Below, one piece after another: positions 16,638-23,980 of a DNA stretch of 32,000 nucleotides (positions within the stretch are counted from its first letter, which is position 1; every line of letters starts with the position of its first letter). The DNA is from Nanoarchaeum equitans Kin4-M (lineage in GTDB: Archaea > Nanobdellota > Nanobdellia > Nanobdellales > Nanoarchaeaceae): the NCBI GenBank assembly GCA_000008085.1, contig AE017199.1, positions 390,001 through 422,000 of the forward strand. The letters are read 5' to 3'. The position numbers and the translations under genes were made by a program. The notes beneath the pieces are model-generated. The model was given only the letters and a program-made list of their open reading frames with translations. It was not told the DNA's origin and did not search any database.

Positions 16638-17576
16638 GTGAGGGGAATAAACGCGCTAATAGCAATTATTGTTTTAGTGGCAATAGTGGGTTTAGCTGCT
16701 GTAAGCGTTATAAGCTTTGTACAAAAATCCATATCGCAACAACAAAAAGAGATAATACAAAAAAATGAATTTAACAAATTCCATACTATAGGGAAAATAG
16801 CCATTAGAACGGAAACCCCTTATGCGGACAAAGATACTATAGTAAATATTAGAATAGATTTGAAACCAGTACAAGATATAGTATCTAAATACGGCAGTTT
16901 TGCCTTATGTGATGACCCAAGCTGTTCTGGAAATAGATATTATTATTGCTGGGAAACTCCTAATGGGGAATGTGTAAGAGATTTGAACAAAAATTGGAAT
17001 AAATATATTATTTGGGTTAGAATTGATAGATTCTATTCGCCCATTGTCCTATATATGGTTTATGGGAAGGGCAAAACAAATGTTGACGGGAAAGACATAT
17101 TTTTATTATATACAAACGGTTCTTATTTAGATGGTTTTGAATCCCAAGGGGAAGTTACAACAAACAATGGAATAATAGAGCTAAAAAATGCGTCTTCTTT
17201 AGTTACTAATAGTTATGCGATTAAAGAAAAATACAATTTAGTTGCTCGATTACAATTCCAAATCAAAAACAATAACAAAACAACAATTAGTTTTAATGTA
17301 ACCGACCAAGTATATATTAAAGGGCTAGATGTCTATAAAGGAAACGAAAAAATAACAACTTTGGAAGCAAATACCAATTATTTATATATAAACAAATTGC
17401 AAGGCTATCCTAAAGAGAATATATACATTATAAAAGGAAAACAAATAGTTTTACCTTATGGAAATGATAAAGTCTCTTTTACAATAAAAACAACAGACAA
17501 TTCAGATGTGTTAATAGATTGGATTATGCTATATTACGAACCAATAAATGTTAATGTGTATGTAGAAAAAGAATAA
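16638..17576 (+). CDS. large pilin-like or surface protein with a class III signal peptide
   Basis: MRG/INALIAIIVLVAIVGLAAV has the basic-Gly cleavage context followed by a hydrophobic helix. IIWVRIDRFYSPIVLYMVYGKG weakly resembles the DUF2341 strand motif (tentative). The stop TAA overlaps the tRNA-Pro discriminator position. Confidence 0.7.
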   Translation: MRGINALIAIIVLVAIVGLAAVSVISFVQKSISQQQKEIIQKNEFNKFHTIGKIAIRTETPYADKDTIVNIRIDLKPVQDIVSKYGSFALCDDPSCSGNRYYYCWETPNGECVRDLNKNWNKYIIWVRIDRFYSPIVLYMVYGKGKTNVDGKDIFLLYTNGSYLDGFESQGEVTTNNGIIELKNASSLVTNSYAIKEKYNLVARLQFQIKNNNKTTISFNVTDQVYIKGLDVYKGNEKITTLEANTNYLYINKLQGYPKENIYIIKGKQIVLPYGNDKVSFTIKTTDNSDVLIDWIMLYYEPINVNVYVEKE

Positions 17577-17650
17577 TGGGCCCGCGGGGATTCGAACCCC
17601 GGACCTCCGGGACCCAAACCCGGCGTCCTAGCCAGGCTAGACTACGGGCC
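17576..17650 (-). tRNA. tRNA-Pro (UGG)
   Basis: Full cloverleaf on the minus strand: GGGCCCG/UA/GUCU-AGCCUGGCUA-GGAC/G/CCGGG-UUUGGGU-CCCGG/AGGUC/CGGGG-UUCGAAU-CCCCG/CGGGCCC/A. No CCA is encoded. Confidence 0.95.
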
Positions 17651-17670
17651 CAGAGTTTGCAAAACTAAAT

Positions 17671-17676
17671 ATTTAA
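17671..17676 (-). promoter_or_regulatory. TATA box for tRNA-Pro
   Basis: The minus-strand TTTTTAAA box (TTTAAA core) starts 26 nt upstream of tRNA nucleotide +1 (17650). Confidence 0.7.
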
Positions 17677-17679
17677 AAA

Positions 17680-18399
17680 TTATAATTTATTTATTGCTTC
17701 CAAAATTCTTTCATAACATGCCATTGGTATTCTAAATGTGCCTTCCCATTCATCTAAAGTATTGCCTTTAGAGTCTTTAATTACTATCTTTGGTACTCCA
17801 TATACATTGTATTTGTCCGCCCAATCTGGGAATTCATATGCCTCTATCATATAAGCGTGCACTTTATTAGAAATTAATCCTAATTGATGGGTTGCTTCTG
17901 TAGCATAAGGACAATTGGGACATGTTGGAGTAATAAAAACATAAACATATATTGGTTCTTGCAACTTTTGATCTATCTCTTTTGCTAGCTCTATTGCTTT
18001 TGGTGGTAGCATTGGTTCGCCAGTACCTTTTGTTACTATGTCATCTAAAAATGGAGGCATTTCTTCTCCGAAAGGCAAACCATAATATCTAACATTAGGG
18101 CTATCTTCGAAAAATAGTATGGGCCCACAATATTTAGATTCCCCTTCAGGGCAAAATTCTTTTTTCTCACTTTTATCATAAACTTTATAGTCTATCTTGC
18201 CATTACTTATTTCTTTTAAATCGGACAATAACATTTCGGCCATTTCATTAGCATCCATATCATGATGGCCAGTTTCATCATGTACATGTAATGGTTCTCT
18301 ATCTTTGTCTACCACTAAACCAAAAACTACTGGGTTTTTTAATTTTTCAAATTCCTTTTTTAACAATTCTGCATCTTGTGGGGAAAATAACTTTGGCAT
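17680..18399 (-). CDS. protein disulfide oxidoreductase (two-thioredoxin-fold, glutaredoxin-like)
   Basis: YVYVFITPTCPNCPYATEATHQL and VYGVPKIVI form a thioredoxin-fold CxxC active site. The size and two-unit layout resemble the Pyrococcus PDO family. Only one CxxC is present. Confidence 0.7.
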   Translation of the reverse strand: MPKLFSPQDAELLKKEFEKLKNPVVFGLVVDKDREPLHVHDETGHHDMDANEMAEMLLSDLKEISNGKIDYKVYDKSEKKEFCPEGESKYCGPILFFEDSPNVRYYGLPFGEEMPPFLDDIVTKGTGEPMLPPKAIELAKEIDQKLQEPIYVYVFITPTCPNCPYATEATHQLGLISNKVHAYMIEAYEFPDWADKYNVYGVPKIVIKDSKGNTLDEWEGTFRIPMACYERILEAINKL

Positions 18400-18419
18400 A
18401 CCGTAGCTTAGGATAGCCC

Positions 18420-18425
18420 TTTAAA
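18420..18425. promoter_or_regulatory. palindromic TTTAAA shared by the divergent PDO gene and rio1
   Basis: The box is 26 nt from ATG 18399 (minus) and 26 nt from ATG 18446 (plus). The starts are 47 nt apart. Confidence 0.65.
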
Positions 18426-18445
18426 AGTGTGAAAGATGTTATATT

Positions 18446-19198
18446 ATGAAAGAGGAATGGAAAGTCTTTAGAGGTTTTCTAGATAATTATACTTTAAAAA
18501 ATTTAGCCAAACTAGAAAGCTCTGGTTATTTGGATAGCTTAGAATATATTGTTGCAGAGGGTAAGGAAAGCGTAGTAATTAAAGGAAAATACGAAGACAA
18601 CGATATCGCTATAAAAATTTATAGAGTGATGAACATAAATTGGAAAGATTTTCATCGCTATCTAAGACAGGATAGAAGGTTTAAGGGCATTAGATGGAGT
18701 AGAGTAGAAATAATTAACGAATGGGTTAGAAGGGAATATTCTAATCTTATGAGAGCTTACAAGTATGGTATTAATGTGCCAAGACCAATATTTTATAGGG
18801 GCAATGTTTTAGCAATGGAATTTATTGGCGATCAATATCCAGCACCTAAGCTAAAAGATATAGATTTTGATGAACAATCTATAAATAAGGTTAAAGAGAA
18901 CCTATCTAAAGATTTGGAATTGTTAGTTAAAAAAGCCAAAATAGTGCATGGCGATTTAAGCCCATTCAATATTTTATACTATAGGGAAAAACCCTATATA
19001 ATTGATGTTTCTCAAGCAATTCCAATAGATTCGCCAGAAGCAATAAACTTATTAAAAAGGGATTTTTCTAATATAAACTTCTTTCTAAAGAAATATGGGC
19101 TTTCTTTGGATAGTACTTTATTAGATGATCTAATATTATTCATAAAGAGAAAAACCAGTAATGATATAGAGCTATTTACTAAACCAGGATTGCCTTAA
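18446..19198 (+). CDS. rio1: RIO-type serine/threonine protein kinase Rio1
   Basis: GKESVVIKG...IAIKIYR, WVRREYSNLMRAY, LAMEFIG and IVHGDLSPFNIL...IIDVSQAI are RIO-domain motifs. There is no N-terminal wHTH. Confidence 0.85.
   Translation: MKEEWKVFRGFLDNYTLKNLAKLESSGYLDSLEYIVAEGKESVVIKGKYEDNDIAIKIYRVMNINWKDFHRYLRQDRRFKGIRWSRVEIINEWVRREYSNLMRAYKYGINVPRPIFYRGNVLAMEFIGDQYPAPKLKDIDFDEQSINKVKENLSKDLELLVKKAKIVHGDLSPFNILYYREKPYIIDVSQAIPIDSPEAINLLKRDFSNINFFLKKYGLSLDSTLLDDLILFIKRKTSNDIELFTKPGLP
18924..18976 (+). repeat. 53-bp tract identical to 22588-22640 (rio1 copy)
   Basis: tagttaaaaaagccaaaatagtgcatggcgatttaagcccattcaatatttta is identical base for base in both kinase genes. It encodes VKKAKIVHGDLSPFNIL. 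Confidence 0.95.
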
Positions 19199-19201
19199 AT
19201 T

Positions 19202-19207
19202 TTTAAA
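19202..19207 (+). promoter_or_regulatory. TATA box for the tRNA 3' half
   Basis: A TTTTTAAA box lies at 19200-19207. The 26-nt rule predicts a TSS at A19228, inside the GC-rich leader. Confidence 0.6.
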
Positions 19208-19227
19208 CATAATATATAGAATATGCC

Positions 19228-19281
19228 ACCCCATCGGGGGCAGACACCCGGAGGTCCCGGGTTCGAATCCCGGCGGGGGCC
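19228..19281 (+). tRNA. split-tRNA 3' half (positions 38-73 plus an 18-nt 5' leader), consistent with tRNA-His
   Basis: A38/CCCGG/AGGUC/CCGGG-UUCGAAU-CCCGG/CGGGGGC/C73 occupies 19246-19281. No D-arm or 5' anticodon strand is present. It is preceded by the GC-rich ACCCCAUCGGGG, then GCAG, then the AC of the bulge. Discriminator C and the GCAG helix strand (pairs with C/U-U-G-C/U at 32-35) fit a GUG anticodon. Confidence 0.75.
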
Positions 19282-19288
19282 CTCCTAT

Positions 19289-19771
19289 TTATTGTTTCTT
19301 ATAATTTTCTTGTGCTTGTTTTATTATTTTCTCAGCTTCTTCTTTTCCTAAAAATTCTTTAACTTTAACAAATTTTCCTGGTTCTAATTCTTTATACCTT
19401 TCAAAGAAATGTTTTATTTTAAGCTTTATTCCCTCTTTTAATTCACTTATATCCTCTATTTCCCCATAGATTGGGTCTACTTTTTTTACTGGTACAGCTA
19501 TTATCTTTCTGTCTACCCCTTTTTCATCTTCTGTAACTAAAACTCCAATGGGCTTAACTTTTATATAAGAGCCAGGCACTAATGGTTCTTCAGTAATAAC
19601 TAGTACATCCAAAGGATCCCCATCCTCTTCTAAAGTCTCTGGTATGAACCCATAATTGTATGGGTAAAACATTGCCCCATATAATATTCTATCAACCTTT
19701 AATTTACCATCTTCATATTCATACTTTACATTGCTCCCTTTTGGCACTTCGATAAACGCATAAACCTCCAT
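19289..19771 (-). CDS. ppa: inorganic pyrophosphatase
   Basis: [13 protein letters not shown]...DRILY...[23 protein letters not shown] is the family I PPase signature. A TATTTAAA box lies exactly at the leaderless distance (+ coordinates 19792-19799). Confidence 0.9.
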   Translation of the reverse strand: MEVYAFIEVPKGSNVKYEYEDGKLKVDRILYGAMFYPYNYGFIPETLEEDGDPLDVLVITEEPLVPGSYIKVKPIGVLVTEDEKGVDRKIIAVPVKKVDPIYGEIEDISELKEGIKLKIKHFFERYKELEPGKFVKVKEFLGKEEAEKIIKQAQENYKKQ

Positions 19772-19863
19772 AGTTATTCTAAAGGATATAGTTTAAATAC
19801 TGTTGATGGTATCACTATATAATGGTTGTGGAAAAAGTTAAATGATAACGAGCATATCATATA

Positions 19864-21900
19864 ATGAAATATTCAAAATTCTTATTCACTTGGCTAGTTT
19901 TATCATCAGCATTATCTCTAGTATGGCCTGCTAACTTTCCATTAGTATCGAAGGGAGAAAAACTTGTTATTGGAAAAGGTTCAAAATTAGTTATTGCACT
20001 TCCGGGCCAAAGCGAGAATAAAAATGAGAACAAACAAGAACCACAAAATACCACTAGCCAAAAACGTAATAAGCATTTGCTATTAGTAATAAAAACCCAA
20101 AAGAATAATTTTACCATAAATGCGAGTGATTTAAAAGTAGACAATATATGTAAAATAGAAAAACTGTGGGTTGAAAGCAGTTTGGGTAAAGAATGGGATG
20201 TTAGATTCATTTTCAAAAATGGATTAACTTCTAACAACATTTGTATCAATGGGTTTAAAAGCAGTTATACATACACAACTCAATCAAAAGAAATAATTTT
20301 TGACAAACCTGTTACTCTTACAAAACTTTGTGTTTATGGAGATATAGGTAAATATGGAGGAGACATAAAAGTATATATTAATGGTAAATATGTTGGTACT
20401 ATAAAACATGATAACTTTTTTGATGCAATTTGTATACAGCCAGTCCCCCCAACCAATAGCTCAAACAAAAGATATGTACCTGTTCCCAATTACGTATGTA
20501 CTAAATATAAGCCAGCATGTAGGAAAGAGGTTAGGTGGCCTGTTCTCTGGGAAGAAAAATTTGTATGTGAATGGGATCCAAATGCTAGCCAAAAGTTTTA
20601 CCCAGGGGTTAAAGAGTTATTAGATAAATATGAAGAATGTTGTGCATACAAAAATGGCTATATTGAATGTTACCCATCTCTATGTGCAAGTAATAAAATA
20701 AGCGGTTTGCTTAAAGCAATACATAGTGCCAAGGTTTGTGTAAGCAAGGAGCAATCAGGTTACTACTTTTATGTATGGGAATACGGTACAAAATGTGCAA
20801 AATGGGGCCCGTATCAATGGTATGACACTCCCCCCAATGATAAAAACTATACTTGCACTCGTGAGTATAGGTGTATAGAATATAAAACCTACTGTGGAAA
20901 ATGTATTCGCACCATTACTAAACTTGGAACCTGTACTAAACCAAAGTATTGTACTCGTCCTAAATATTGCACTAGAACAAAATATTGTACTAGGACAAAA
21001 TACTGTACTCGGGACAAATACTGTAAAAAGAGGGTGTGTGATATGATGATGTATTTCAACCCCTTCTTCTCCCCCCCAACAATAATTGTACCTGCATCTA
21101 TTAAACTACCGCTTCCTGGGAAGTGTATTGCATCTCATGAGGAAAAATACAAGTGTGGAACGCAAAGATATGCTTGTGGTACTGAGAGATATCCTTGCGG
21201 TACTGAACAATATGTATGTGGCATTGAAAAGTACCAATGTGGAACGGAGGTATATACGTGCCGTAAAAAAGAGAAAATAATATTGTATAATATAGAAGAA
21301 AGTAGTTGCTCGGGGGAATGTAGAAATAGATATCCAAAATGCGTAAAGGGCAAATATATGTATAAATGTGAAAAATGTCTACAATATGACCCTGTACTAG
21401 TAAACAGTTACCTAACTCCCCCTTACTATAAGTATAACGCACTCGTTGGGGATTATAAGTGTATAAATAATACCTATCAAGATGTAAAGTCAATAAGATT
21501 TGAATTAAGTTCAAAAATAGATGAAAACGATTTCTGTGGTTATCCGTTTATGGCACGCCTACAATTCTATTTGATTTCTGCTAATAACAATACCACACTG
21601 AAAGTAAATAACGAAACAATAAAACCAGAATCCGTAGAATCTGTTGATGTACAAGCCACAAAGATAGAGTTTGCTTATCCTGAAAAGTTTGAGGGATATG
21701 TCCTATTAAATGTGTGGGGAGAAGGTAACTTTACTAAAAACGAATCTTCTGCATTGAAGGTTAGAGAAAAAGATGGTAAAACATTAGTTAGCCCATTGCA
21801 TGCCATTAAAAGATTTGCAAGAAATGCCAGAAAGAAAATGAAAAGCTTTATAGACAATGCCCAAAAGAGATGTCTATTCCCATTCTGGCCCTTCTGTTAA
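19864..21900 (+). CDS. Cys-rich secreted protein with two tandem peptide-repeat arrays
   Basis: N-terminal signal-like MKYSKFLFTWLVLSSALSLVWP. Dozens of Cys residues. The arrays are CT[KR][PTD]KY x5 and CG[TI][EQ]xYx x5. C-terminal ...KRCLFPFWPFC. No homolog recognised. Confidence 0.75.
   Translation: MKYSKFLFTWLVLSSALSLVWPANFPLVSKGEKLVIGKGSKLVIALPGQSENKNENKQEPQNTTSQKRNKHLLLVIKTQKNNFTINASDLKVDNICKIEKLWVESSLGKEWDVRFIFKNGLTSNNICINGFKSSYTYTTQSKEIIFDKPVTLTKLCVYGDIGKYGGDIKVYINGKYVGTIKHDNFFDAICIQPVPPTNSSNKRYVPVPNYVCTKYKPACRKEVRWPVLWEEKFVCEWDPNASQKFYPGVKELLDKYEECCAYKNGYIECYPSLCASNKISGLLKAIHSAKVCVSKEQSGYYFYVWEYGTKCAKWGPYQWYDTPPNDKNYTCTREYRCIEYKTYCGKCIRTITKLGTCTKPKYCTRPKYCTRTKYCTRTKYCTRDKYCKKRVCDMMMYFNPFFSPPTIIVPASIKLPLPGKCIASHEEKYKCGTQRYACGTERYPCGTEQYVCGIEKYQCGTEVYTCRKKEKIILYNIEESSCSGECRNRYPKCVKGKYMYKCEKCLQYDPVLVNSYLTPPYYKYNALVGDYKCINNTYQDVKSIRFELSSKIDENDFCGYPFMARLQFYLISANNNTTLKVNNETIKPESVESVDVQATKIEFAYPEKFEGYVLLNVWGEGNFTKNESSALKVREKDGKTLVSPLHAIKRFARNARKKMKSFIDNAQKRCLFPFWPFC
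20932..21024 (+). repeat. five 18-nt coding repeats (C-T-K/R-P/T/D-K-Y) plus a closing Cys codon
   Basis: tgtactaaaccaaagtat / tgtactcgtcctaaatat / tgcactagaacaaaatat / tgtactaggacaaaatac / tgtactcgggacaaatac / tgt. The Arg codons differ between units (cgt, aga, agg, cgg). Confidence 0.9.
21154..21261 (+). repeat. five 21-nt coding repeats (C-G-T/I-E/Q-x-Y-x) plus a closing Cys codon
   Basis: CGTQRYA CGTERYP CGTEQYV CGIEKYQ CGTEVYT C. The units differ at synonymous and variable positions. Confidence 0.9.
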
Positions 21901-21929
21901 ATTTTTTATACATTAATTTTATACCCTAA

Positions 21930-22772
21930 GTGCTAGACAATATAAGTGCTGCGATATTAAGACAGTTAGATTATTTATCAAAACATTATGAATGGGTTCC
22001 GTTTGAGCAATTAAAGAAAAGACTGGACTATAACGAAAAAATAATAAAGAAAAAAATAAAAGAATTGCTAAGAAAAGAGTATATCCAAGGAATACCGCAT
22101 GCTAAATATAATGAATGGGCCTTTAAAATTACTTCTAAAGGCTTAGACGCGATAGCTTTCCATGATTTGCAAAAGAACAAAGTAGTAAAAAAATTATTAA
22201 ACCCAATAGGTATGGGAAAAGAAGCAGAAGTGTATTTAGCCTTAGATTTTGACGATAATCCTATTGTTGTAAAAAAGCATTTATTTGATAGGGCCAAATT
22301 CAAAAAAATAGCCAAATCCTTAGCATATGCTTCTATTAAATGGAGAGCAAAACAATTGGGCAAAAAACTATACGAAATAAATGTGCCCAGAGCAAAAGCT
22401 CAAATAGAATCCTATGTTTTAGAAAAACTATACTACATGGGTTTCCATGTGCCAAAGCCCATATCTATTAATAGGCATATTGTAGTAATGGAAGCTATAT
22501 TAGATAATGGTTTTCCTGCAAAGCAATTATCTAAGCTAAAACCTGACAAAGAATTGGGTTTAAAGATATTGGAAGAATATGATAATATAGTTAAAAAAGC
22601 CAAAATAGTGCATGGCGATTTAAGCCCATTCAATATTTTAGTAAAAGGTGGAGAATACTATTTCATAGATTGGGCCCAAGCGGTGCCTAGCGATTATGAA
22701 GAAGCAAATATATTATATAAAAGAGATATTGAAAACATAAAAAAATTCTTTCATTTAGACGATACTATGTGA
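21930..22772 (+). CDS. rio2: RIO-type kinase Rio2 (N-terminal winged helix plus RIO domain)
   Basis: The N-terminal ILRQLDYLSKHYEWVPFEQLKKRL...ITSKGLDAIAFHDL is wHTH-like. It is followed by IGMGKEAEVYLA and IVHGDLSPFNILV...FIDWAQAV. GTG start with a TTTATA box about 25-26 nt upstream. Confidence 0.85.
   Translation: MLDNISAAILRQLDYLSKHYEWVPFEQLKKRLDYNEKIIKKKIKELLRKEYIQGIPHAKYNEWAFKITSKGLDAIAFHDLQKNKVVKKLLNPIGMGKEAEVYLALDFDDNPIVVKKHLFDRAKFKKIAKSLAYASIKWRAKQLGKKLYEINVPRAKAQIESYVLEKLYYMGFHVPKPISINRHIVVMEAILDNGFPAKQLSKLKPDKELGLKILEEYDNIVKKAKIVHGDLSPFNILVKGGEYYFIDWAQAVPSDYEEANILYKRDIENIKKFFHLDDTM
22588..22640 (+). repeat. 53-bp tract identical to 18924-18976 (rio2 copy)
   Basis: Same 53-mer. The flanking sequence diverges immediately on both sides. 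Confidence 0.95.
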
Positions 22773-23944
22773 ATAACATCCCTATGTTTTAGTTTGTAAT
22801 CTTTTCCTAAAATCTTTCTAGTCCTTACATCTATAGCCTTAACGAAATGTTTTGCCAAATCTTCATGTATCTTCCTAGCAAAATCTAATACTGTTGAGCC
22901 CTCTTTTAATAAAAAGCAGTCCGGTAAAACATTGCCTTCTTTATCGGTTAGCTTATCTATACCCCCGGGGAATACCGCTATATATTTCAAAACATCGAAA
23001 ACCAAAGTGTCTAAAGCATTTTGTACCCCAGTACTGCCAAACCTTTCTAGTATGTTTGTTTTTATGAAATCCAATACTTTTTTCTCCTTTTCGCTTAAAG
23101 GTTTTAATATTTCAAAATCACTTTCGCCAGGTATATAGGATATTTTACCTTGTTTGTCCAATTCTTTTAATATATACTCTGCATATCCCGATGTAGGTAT
23201 TGTTAATGGATATTCCTTTTTTATTCTTTCTATGTTTTTTTCTGCCAAATCTGGATCTATGTCTATTCTGTTTGCAGCAATTACAAAAGGTTTTGAGTAT
23301 ATTCTTAAAAGATGTGCTAATTTAAATAACAATTCGTCATCGAAATCATAAAATTCACTATCTAAATTTAGATCTCTAAAAGCTTTCTTTACATGGTCTA
23401 TATTTACATTTAACCCAGACATTATCTTTGCTATTTCTCTATCTATTGGTCTCTTCTCTATTTTAGCAACTCTTAAGATTTTATCTATATTCCTTTTTAA
23501 AACATTGTAAAACCAATAATCTAATTCTTCTTCTAACCATTTTATGTCTTTTAATGGATCATATTTACCAGGGCCTACGAAATGGCCTTCCTCATCCGTG
23601 GCACCAACAGCATCGACAACCATTATTATACCATCAGCTTTTCTTATGTCATCTAAAAATTGGTTTCCCAGCCCTTTACCTTCGTGTGCCCCAGGAACTA
23701 GGCCGGCAATGTCTATAACTTCTATTGGTACAAATCTATATTTGCCCTTAATAAAACCATGCCTTGGGTTAGAAATAACTCCAAATTCTGGGCCTACATC
23801 TTCAACTCTAACATATGCAACTCCTTTGTTTGGTTCTATAGTCACAAAAGGCCTATTATCTATTTCTACTGGTTGCAAAGTCAAAGCTTTGAAAAAAGTA
23901 GATTTGCCTACATTGGGTTTGCCTACTATGCCTACTAAAACCAT
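22751..23944 (-). CDS. Obg-like GTPase/ATPase of the YchF/Ygr210 subfamily with a C-terminal TGS-like domain
   Basis: P-loop GIVGKPNVGKSTFFKALT, then IDIAGLVPGAHEGKGLGNQFLDDIR. About 400 aa, like archaeal Ygr210-type proteins. A TATAAA box is at -26 (+ coordinates 23965-23970). Confidence 0.8.
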   Translation of the reverse strand: MVLVGIVGKPNVGKSTFFKALTLQPVEIDNRPFVTIEPNKGVAYVRVEDVGPEFGVISNPRHGFIKGKYRFVPIEVIDIAGLVPGAHEGKGLGNQFLDDIRKADGIIMVVDAVGATDEEGHFVGPGKYDPLKDIKWLEEELDYWFYNVLKRNIDKILRVAKIEKRPIDREIAKIMSGLNVNIDHVKKAFRDLNLDSEFYDFDDELLFKLAHLLRIYSKPFVIAANRIDIDPDLAEKNIERIKKEYPLTIPTSGYAEYILKELDKQGKISYIPGESDFEILKPLSEKEKKVLDFIKTNILERFGSTGVQNALDTLVFDVLKYIAVFPGGIDKLTDKEGNVLPDCFLLKEGSTVLDFARKIHEDLAKHFVKAIDVRTRKILGKDYKLKHRDVIHIVSSK

Positions 23945-23980
23945 AACACAATTTTTATTAACTATTTATAGCTATGCCAA

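Noticed and set aside
20932-21261. Short tandem repeats considered as a CRISPR array or mobile-element remnant
   Set aside because: The periods (18 and 21 nt) are multiples of 3 and in frame within one long ORF, with conserved amino acids and varied codons. There are no spacers. These are coding peptide repeats.
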